The notes under the pieces are model-generated. The model searched no databases. It was not told where the DNA came from and saw only the letters and a program-made list of their open reading frames with translations. 64,000 nt of DNA from the human T2T-CHM13v2.0 reference genome, Homo sapiens, in assembly GCF_009914755.1 (NCBI RefSeq), contig NC_060929.1. One strand, written 5' to 3'. Below, one piece after another: positions 54,725 through 64,000 of this stretch. Positions within the stretch are counted from its first letter, which is position 1, and each line of letters starts with the position of its first letter. Position numbers and translations under genes: made by a program.

Positions 54725-57131
54725 GGAGATACAAGCCCATTAAATCAAATATTAAGACTTATAGCCTGGTTCTTTTTTTTGTCTAAACTAGGTCTGGCAA
54801 ATAGATTTCAATAAGAGTGTCAGTTTATATCAACAGGTTAGAACTGCTTGAAGTATCATCTTGAAAATGATTCCAAGGGTAAGTCTGCTGATTTGTAAAG
54901 AGTACCATGATCAATTTAGGATGTCTTCCAAGGATGCAGAAGGAAGCAACGATGGAAAAGTGCCAGGGATCTACCACCTCTGCAGCATCTATTGGGTTTG
55001 CCTGCCCAGTACTCCCTTTTCTGATAGCAAGACCCTGATTTTACCTTGGATAAACACCCCTCTGCACGACCCCCACCATCTCACCCTCTCCTACTCCAAA
55101 GACAAAACACCCTAGGACTGAAATCAGCCAATCTATCCACCGGCCAAAGTGAATTTTCAAAGATAGGTATGTGAGGTAGGTCAGTCTGTTGAAAGTAAAT
55201 CATTTCAGTGAACTTTCAGAACTTTTAGCTGTGATTTTTTTTAGGCATAAGAATGTAAGTCTAAATATGCTGTAATCATAACCTGAGGATAATCTACTTC
55301 AGTATGAATTCTATATAGAGGAAAGAAGAATTGAAAGACTACTACAACCATACCTGAAGTCAGTCCCTTGGATTTCTGAGTTGCACGAGTAAATAAATAA
55401 TTTCTCTTTGAATTAAGCCATTTTGACTTGTGTTTTGGTTTCTGGCAACCAAAAGAGTCCTGACTCATGTACTTAAATTCATATCTAGTAACCCAGCTAT
55501 GTATGAGGCAAGAAACTATAGAAGGTGGAACAATACTAAATATTTTGACTCATATAAAGGATGATTGTGCACAATGAATGTTTTATTTTAATTTATTCAT
55601 AATCATTTTTATTTCAGAAATATTGAGGGTCACTTTTTTCATGTAATGTGATTTCATACATTTAGTTCTAAAATTCACTGGGAAATTCATACCAAAATGT
55701 GTCCCTAGAAGTAGATTATTTTGAACTATTTATAATACCTTTATATTATTGTAACCCGGATACCCTGTCCAGAATTTCAATTTCATAAGCATAATTTGGA
55801 AAACTATAACTGTTAACCAACATTCATTATGTGAATAATACCTAACGTGAGTCAAGTTTTAAACTGCTTCTAAATTGACCGTAACGTGGCAGGAACAAAT
55901 AAATGAATTAGACCTGAGGCTATCCACATGAGCAATCCAAACATATTCTATTGGTATATCTCATATAATAATAGCTGATACTAAACATTTACTAAGGGCC
56001 AGGAACTATTCTAAGCACTTGATAGACATTAACGCATTGAATTTCAACAATAATCTTTTGAGACAGATGTTAACATTTTATCAGTTATATAGAAGAGACA
56101 AGTAATTTGCCCAATGTCACACAAACAGTAAGTAATGTGCCCCAGATTCAGATCCAGACTGTTAGATCTCAGAACCAGGATACTCTACTCATACATAGTT
56201 GCTGTGACAGAGCTCATTATAATGTTTAGACTCAGGACCCCATTTTCTTTGTGCAGATATAGTTGTTTTCTTGCATATGAACCTGGCCTAATCAGATAAA
56301 GCCAAGCCTGGGGCAGTAGACTTGGGACAGTCCAAACACCAGTGCCTTTAAATATTGTGGGCGAAACTTAAGGCAGTCCAAAAATACCCCTCTCACCAAC
56401 AATAATTCAGTATTAATGTGTTGTTTCACGGGAAACAACTGTGTTTAAATACTCCTGTTAAAATAAAAATTAGTTTCTTGAATAAGTAATATACTCATCA
56501 ACATTTGAGGGTCAACTAACTATCCAGCTGGTTTCCTAGCAAAGCTTGGGAGAATTACCAGGTAAGAAAGGAAAGGGAAAGTTCTAAGTTCTAAAGGAGG
56601 CTGAAAGAATGGGTATTGCAAAATTTTTTGTAATATAGTTTCATATTTGTATGTGAAAATCTACATTCTATGTCATGAATTCTAAACTTTTCAAATCATT
56701 AATAAAATCACACCATAAGACTCATAAGAGGTGGATTAATATTTACTGAACGTGAGAATGTGCAGGTTCAGTGATAGATGATTCACTCACACACTCCTCA
56801 CCCTTTGGCTTCTTTCTCAAACCATTTTGTGGCTTCCACCTCCACCCCCTGAGAGTATTACTTATATCTATTTTTTAATCACCCTAAAACATGTTTAATG
56901 CTACAATCATGATATCATATATTTCTCATATTACCAATAAACAAAGGGAAGTTTTCAAGTATTGGGGGTTAAAAAGTCTTTTAATAGGCCTTAGATGACA
57001 CGTAGGTATGAAAGGGTAGGTAGTGTCATTAAATGCATTCATAATCTAATTTGGCCAATTATAGCATTTATTACAAAATGAGCACCAGGAAAAAACATAA
57101 TCGCCAGCCTCTTAATTTGGGGGAAGGAGAG

Positions 57132-57484
57132 TGCTATAGACTGAATGTGTCCCTGTCAAATTCATATGTTGAAATCCTAACTCCTAATGTGATTAGACAG
57201 TGGGGCTTTTGAGAGATGATTAGGTCATGAGGGCAGAGCCTTCATAAATGGGGTTGTGCTCTTAAAAAGAGACCCCGGAGAGCTCTCTTGCCCCTTCCAC
57301 CATGTGAGGACACAAGAAGATGGTTGTCTATAAACCAGGAAGTGGGTGCTCTCCAGACATGGACTCTGTTGGCACTTTGATCTAGGATTTTCCAGACTCT
57401 AGAATTGTGAGAAATAAATGTCCGTTGCTTATAAGCCACCCCATCCATGATAGTTTCGTATAGCAGCCAGAATGAACCAAAACA
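57132..57484 (+). mobile_element. MLT1A0-type MaLR solo LTR
   Basis: tgctatagactgaatgtgtcc...aaattcatatgttgaaatcctaac...gtgagaaataaatg...tataagccaccc. Confidence 0.88.
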
Positions 57485-57740
57485 AAGAGGAATAGGTTAA
57501 GAAAAATTACCTAAAATTCCACGACCTCTTTTAGTTATAAGGCTTCTTTTTATTTCAAGTTATATGTTTTATTCTTAGTCAATGGCTCAATAGATTTTTA
57601 AACTGAAAAAAGAAAACAAAACAAAAAAAACCACAAAAGATTACAGGATGTGAAGAAAAAGTGAGAAAAGTAAGAAAGGTAGAGAGATAAACTAGAGTGG
57701 AAGTTGGGGAAAGAGAGTTGAGACAGACCTATTTTATACA

Positions 57741-58132
57741 TGATATGGTTTGGCTCATGTGCCCTGCCCAAATCTCATGTCAAATTGTAATCCCCACATG
57801 CAAGGGGAAGAACCTAGTGGGACACGATTGGATCATGGGGGCAGATTTCCCCTTTGCTGTTCTTATGATAGTGAGTGTGTTCTTACGAGATCTGATGGTT
57901 TGAAAGTGTGTGGCATTTCCCCCTTCTCTCTCTCTCTCTCTCTCTCCTGCTGTGCCATGGTAAGACATGCCTGCTTCCCCTTCACCTTCCAACATGATTG
58001 TAAGTTTCCTGAGGCCTCCCAGTTATGCTTCTGATTAAGTCTGCCGTACTGTGAGTCAAGTAAACCTCTTTTCTTCATAAATTACCCATTCTCAGGTAGT
58101 TCTTTACAGCAGTGTGGGAATGAACTAATACA
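57741..58132 (+). mobile_element. THE1D/MSTA-type MaLR solo LTR
   Basis: TGATATGGTTTGGCT...gattggatcatgggggc...gtaagtttcctgaggcctccc...actaatACA; near 5-bp TSD ATACA/ATACC. Confidence 0.92.
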
Positions 58133-58409
58133 ATACCAAGAATTTTTACAGTCTTCACCCACTACAGAACATCTACAGGCACATACCTACTGCTTTTCTC
58201 TAAAATCTCGCCATAATCTGATACACTTTCCACCACTCTCATTCCCCACTGCTCCTCCCAGTTTGGGGCTGAGTTTCTAGTAGATGAAATCACATAAATA
58301 AATAATGAAATAATTTTAACTATTAGCAACTTCATTCATTTATACAACTGTGTCAAGCTCTGTATTGGCCACTGAAGATTCCATTGTGAACAAATCAGAA
58401 ATACAATCC

Positions 58410-58680
58410 AAACCATGTATACAATTTTAAATTTTCTAAAAGCCACATCTTAAAAAGGTAAAACAAAACAGGTGAAAATAATTTTAATTACATATTTTAT
58501 TCATCCCAATATATCCAAATTTTAACATTTCAACAGTTAATCAAATTTTAAAACATTAATGGGACATTTGCTTTTTTCAAATCAAGTCTTAAAAATCTAG
58601 TGTTTATTTTACACTTATAGCACATGAGTTCGATAGCCACATTTCAGATGCTCAACAGCCACATGTGGCTAGTGCCTATC
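58410..58680. mobile_element. MER33/MER3-type hAT MITE fragment
   Basis: aattttaaattttcta...gccacat...acaggtgaaaataattttaat...tagccacatttcagatgctcaacagccacatgtggctagtg. Confidence 0.75.
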
Positions 58681-58739
58681 AGGAGACACAGAATGTCTTG
58701 TCTTTCTTTTTACAATACTAAATTAATCAGTGGATTCAG

Positions 58740-59300
58740 ATGTAGTCAACTTGATCTTTAATCAGCCATTTATTATCATTGCCTGAATCCATTATTTCAT
58801 TAGAGTTTGCAAAATGGTGATATTCTATTATTCCCTCCACATTTATTAGCTGGAATTTTTCCACAAAGAAGAATTTTACTACATTAAATCTTTAAGTACC
58901 CTGAGGTACAGTTCTCATATGAAAGACAAAACAAATACTTGACTCTTTCCTTTTATTTACCAATTTTCAGAATGAGTTGATTTCCTAGCATCCTTGAAAA
59001 GTGACCTTTTTTGGTACTATCATCAACACATAGATTTCAATATACCTGATGTGTTTTAACCCATTGTAATTATTATTATTTTTGATGTTCAACTTGTCCC
59101 AAATCTATGCAATAAGAGCTCTTTCCAGCTGGACCCTGTGTCCCTTTGACATAACCCCAGTGGTCATCAGTAGCTTTCCTATTTATTAGCATGAAAGATA
59201 AACCTGGTTTGTATTACATATATTTCCTGCCTCAGACCTGGAATCAGCCATTTTGGTAAGCCCCAGTGGAAAATGGCATTTAGAGACTACAGTCCATAGG
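58740..59300 (-). mobile_element. Old L1M (L1MC-like) 3' fragment
   Basis: gagtttgcaaaatggtgatattcta...ttcctgcctcagacctggaatcagccattt...gtggaaaatggcatttagagac. Confidence 0.65.
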
Positions 59301-59329
59301 AGAAAAAGCAAAACAAAACAAAATAAAAC

Positions 59330-59611
59330 TTTTTTTTTTTTCTGAGATAGAGTCTTACTCTGTCACCCAGGCCTTAAGGTAGTATTATGATCTTGGCTCA
59401 CTGTAACCTCTGCCTCCTGGATTCAAGCAATTCTTCTGCTTCAGCTGAGATTACAGGTACACGCCACCACACCTGGCTAATTTTTGTATTTTTAGTAGAG
59501 ACGGGGTTTCACCATGTTGGCCAGGCTTTTCTCGAACTCCTGACCTCGTGATCTGCCCGCCTCAGCCTCCCAAAGTGCTGAGATTACAGGCATGAGCCAC
59601 TGTGCCCGGCC
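59330..59611 (-). mobile_element. Alu (AluSg-like) with a small deletion
   Basis: Reverse Alu; tcagctgagattacagg lacks ~11 nt; flanked by AAATAAAAC on both sides. Confidence 0.95.
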
Positions 59612-60394
59612 CCAAATAAAACAATTTTTAAGGGATAGGTCAGGAGGGCAGGGAGAAGACCTGCCAATAAGAAGAAGAAGGGACATCCTAAAAAACTGGA
59701 GAAAAACCTAGAGAGCAGGTGATGTCACTGAAATGAGGAGAAAGGATATTTTAGAACAAGCAAATAATGAGCTACGTCAAACTCCACTGAGGTGTCAATG
59801 AAGATACTATGTTAGGGAGATGCAGGGCTCAGTGTTTTAGACCTTTTCTCATTTGTGTTTACACTCACTCCTAAGTAATCTAACCATTCTTTTGGTTTTA
59901 AATATCATCTTCTGACTCATGGTTTACAAACTTATACATAAGCAGCCCTGATCTCTCCCCTAAATTCTTGACTTGAATAGCCAACTGCCCACTCAATATC
60001 TCCGTTTGGGTACCTAGCAAGCATCTTGAGCTGGACACATCTAAAATTTGGACTCTCGATTTGCATGTCTAATCCCAACTCTGCTTCTTCCCTGGAATTT
60101 GCTATCTCAATAAATGATACAATCATTCCCTCAGTTTCTCAAGACAAAAAAACTTGGAAAAACTGATTCCTCTTTCTCTTATCAGCAAATTCTGTAAAAA
60201 TTCTGCAAATCCCTCACATTTCTCCAGTCTCTAGTTCAATGCATCATCCTCCCCACATGTACCACTGCTCCAGTGAGTTCCCTAAACAACAGGCAGCATA
60301 TTTCTAAAATGTAACTCAGATGATGTCCCTCCCTTACTCAAAAACATCCAAATGTATCCCATTGCCCAAAGAATCCAAAGTCCTGAGCTTTCAG

Positions 60395-62160
60395 TCAGAA
60401 CAAGATAAAGTAAACACATTTCATTCATCCTATTCCTCCCACTATTTACAAAACAAACCAATCCTGGACAATATTCATAACGTAAGTAAAAGAAGACAAA
60501 ACTGGAGGAAAGAAAGCAGACAGATTAGGGTCCCCAGGACTTGAAGAATGGCATAGCTATGAATCTCCTAGTCTTTGTTTTGTTTTGTTTACCTCTTATG
60601 TATCCTAGTCTTGGAGAGGAACACAACCTAAAACACCAGCAACCACACACACACACACATACACACGCGCGCACACACACACACACAGATCCCAAAAGGA
60701 CAAAAAGCCCTAGCCAGAAGATGGAGGAAAAAGAAGTCCAGCAGGACATAAATATTTTAACCATACCTGCTCTATTCCAGTTGAACACCAAGAGAAAAAC
60801 AATGCAGCCATACACCTTCCCTTCTTCACCAGATGCTGCAGCCTGGAGACTGTGGGCAGAGCCTTATCTTCTATCTCTGCCATACAATAAAGAAATGGTG
60901 TTACTCCTCCTTCCAATGAAAGAAAGGAGCTGTTGAAATCTTGAGAAAACTTCTTAGAAGTCCATGCATGTAGCCCCAGAAACAACATAGCAAAAGGTTT
61001 GAAAATTGAACACTCTTCTGAAACACTGCCCAGAATTCAAGTTGGTCTCTGGGAAGCACACAACTGGGGCAGACCAGAACAACACTGCAAAGGCTTTGAA
61101 ATCTAAATTGGCATTTGAATCACAGCCCACAAAAGTAGGCTAGGATGTATATTCTTTATATAAACAGGTTGAATCCTTGCTAAAATAGAAGATTTAAATA
61201 GAAACCAGAGTCTTATACTTAGTATTCATAATGTTCAGGATACAATATAAAATTACCCATTATGGCAAAAACCATGAAAATCTCAATCTGAATGAGAAAA
61301 AGCAATCAAAAGACACCTACACTGAGAAAAGACAGATGTTGAAATTATCTGACAAGGATTTTGAAGCAGCCATCATAAAATGTTTCAACAAGTGATTTTG
61401 AATTCTCTTGAAACAAATGAAGAAATACAAAGTCTCAGCAAAGAAACATAAGATATCAGGAAGACCAAAATGGAAATTTTAGAAATAAAAAAAATTGAAT
61501 GAAATTTAACACTCGCCTATTGACTGAAGAGCAAAATGAATATGACAGAGTTAAAAATCCGTGAATTTGAAGATATATCAATAAAAATTATTCAATCTGA
61601 AAACAGGGGAATAAAGATTGAAAAAAAATGAAAAGAGCCTCAAAAACCTACTGAATGATAAAAAAATATAACATTTGTGCTCTCTGAGTCCCAGAAGGAC
61701 AGAAGAAAGAGTGCAGGGCTGAAAAAATATTTGCGGAAATAATAGCTAAAATCTCCCTAAATTTAACAAGAGGCATAAACTGCAGATTCAAGAAGTTGAG
61801 CAAATCTCTAACACAATAAACTAAAAAAACAGTCCAGGCTCAAACACATTATAATCAGATTTTGAAAACTAAACACTAAGAAAAAGCTTAAAAGCAGTCA
61901 AAGAAAAATGATACTTTATACTTGAAAAATTCTTAGAATAACAAAGGATTTCTCATTAGAAACCATGGGGAAGTGGCACAAAATTTTTTCAAGAGGAAAT
62001 AAAAGAAGTCTCAATCCAGAACCCTATATCCAGTTAAAATGTTCTTCAGAAATGAAGATGAAATAAAGACATTCTCAGAGGAAGGAAAACTAAGAATTTT
62101 TCACTAGCAGAACTGCTGTAAAAGAATGGCTAACGGAAGTTTATCAAGCAGAAAGAAAAT
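60395..62160 (+). mobile_element. Old L1M 5'/ORF1 region
   Basis: cagatgttgaaattatctgacaaggattttgaagcagc...gagtcccagaagga...aaaaatatttgcggaaataatagct...ctatatccagttaaaat. Confidence 0.7.
60644..60687. repeat. Compound (CA)n(CG)n(CA)n alternating purine-pyrimidine tract
   Basis: 44 bp of perfect pyrimidine-purine alternation including CGCGCG. Confidence 0.95.
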
Positions 62161-62533
62161 CCAAAGCCCTCACCATGGTGGGTCAGTATCTGGTGACTTG
62201 CCCTCATCTCTCCTGGTGGCATTTGGGTAATGGTATGATACCTGAAACCACAGCAACCATATTGCAGCAATGAGGGTCTAAGCCTGCAACCAAAACCAAA
62301 ATCCTGAGGATGAAAGAGCTTAAAGAAGAACACAAGGATTCCTGATTGCATCACTGTATCAGTGAATGAAGCAATCATGAATCTAACATTGGGCTTCTTT
62401 TTATATGATATAATAGATTTCTTACTGTTTAAGCTTTTTTAGCTGAGAATTATTGTCACTTACAGCTGAAATTACAACTGATATGGGATTTGGGATTTAT
62501 TTTTCCTTGCAGGAGTCTTCCTGGAGAAAATTA

Positions 62534-62869
<336 letters not shown>

Positions 62870-63362
62870 TCACTTACAAAGATGTTTGTTACAGTATTAT
62901 CACGATTATTTACAATAGTGGAATAAAAACATGAGCATAGGGGAATATCCAAATAATTACAGTTATGCAGCCATTAAATTTATGATTGTGAACAGTCTTA
63001 AATAACAGAATATTATAATGTTAGGTAAAATAAAAATACACAAAATTTTAAAAACCATTTAAAGTCTGGTAGGAGATACACTAAAATGTTGCCTTTGCAG
63101 ATGAGTAATAGAATTATACATTTCTTTCTTTTTTATACTTTTTTGTATTTACTTAATTATCTACAGTTGGCATGTATAATTTTTATAAAAATAAAAACTA
63201 TGCTTAAAACATATGCAAGACTATAATTGTGAAGAGTATATGTAAACATGAAAAATGTTTCAGTAATATTAGCAAGTTAAAAACATAAAATTTTACTAAC
63301 AGTGTATGTGTACCGCAATCTATATACCAAAATGAATACACCTTTTCCATTAAGGTATCGAG

Positions 63363-63364
<2 letters not shown>

Positions 63365-63401
<37 letters not shown>
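63365..63401. repeat. (TG)18 microsatellite
   Basis: Seen directly. Confidence 0.97.
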
Positions 63402-63402
<1 letters not shown>

Positions 63403-63589
63403 ACTGCCTTTACAATGAATACCATTAAAACAGAAAGTCTAATCCAGGTTTTTCTTCCTCTTCTGTGAAATTTTTCCTAACCTCTCTCAACACAGTGAAT
63501 CACTTTCATCTAATAGTATTGTGTTCTTTTCTTGCTTCTATTATTGCAATTAGTACTAATTCCAACACAACTAAAGTCACAAACAGTGA

Positions 63590-64000
63590 AGTAAATACAT
63601 TTTAATATCTAATTCGATTAAAAAGGTATGGATTGATCTTTAACACCTATTGCTAAATGAAAGAAGTCAGTATGAAAAGCCTACAGACAGAATGATTCCA
63701 TTTAGATGATATTATGGGAAAGGCAAAACTATAAAAATGATTAATAGATCAATAGTTATCAGGGATTTGGGGCTATGAGGAGAGTTTATTAGGTGAAAAA
63801 CAGGGAATTTTTTTAGAGCAGTGATACTATTGTGATGGTGAACACATGATATTATGCATTGTCAAAACTAATGGAATTTTAGATCACAAAGAATGAACCA
63901 TAATACATGCAAATTTTTAAAAAAATCATTTGAAGGAATGCAGACTGTGACAAAATAATTGAATCATATTACAAATGTATAAATGTATATAAGTATAACA
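63590..64000 (+). mobile_element. Old L1M (L1MC-like) 3' UTR fragment
   Basis: tgctaaatgaaagaagtcag...tgattccattt...gaaaggcaaaactata...tagagcagtgatactatt...attatgcattgtcaaaac. Confidence 0.75.

Noticed and set aside
60541-60936. 131-aa ORF with a signal-peptide-like N-terminus and a His-Thr repeat
   Set aside because: TTG start inside an old L1M; the HT repeat is just the CA microsatellite.

Overview
This is primate (most likely human) non-coding DNA, intronic or intergenic. No intact protein-coding gene is supported: the listed ORFs are chance ORFs or fragments of repeats and pseudogenes. The first ~8.5 kb is almost free of transposons and carries dense clusters of SOX, homeodomain, POU, E-box and RBPJ-type motifs, like conserved neural or retinal enhancers. 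The rest is a mosaic of Alu, L1, L2, MIR, MaLR/ERVL LTRs and hAT/mariner MITEs. It includes a full-length ~6.7 kb old L1PA (35242-41924) and a processed H3F3A (H3-3A) pseudogene (51751-52805). From memory and unverified, this layout may match the LINC00461/MIR9-2HG locus at 5q14.3. I did not find a new multi-gene system. The most unusual observations are: (1) a 41-nt polyadenylated 18S rRNA hairpin fragment retrotransposed into the L1, with all 8 CpGs decayed; (2) the H3.3 retrocopy carries a G34R-like codon, has gained CpGs at its 5' end and has a pure A48 tail; (3) several locally templated insertions and duplications. Repeat subfamily names and reference comparisons come from my recall of consensus sequences, not from a database search.
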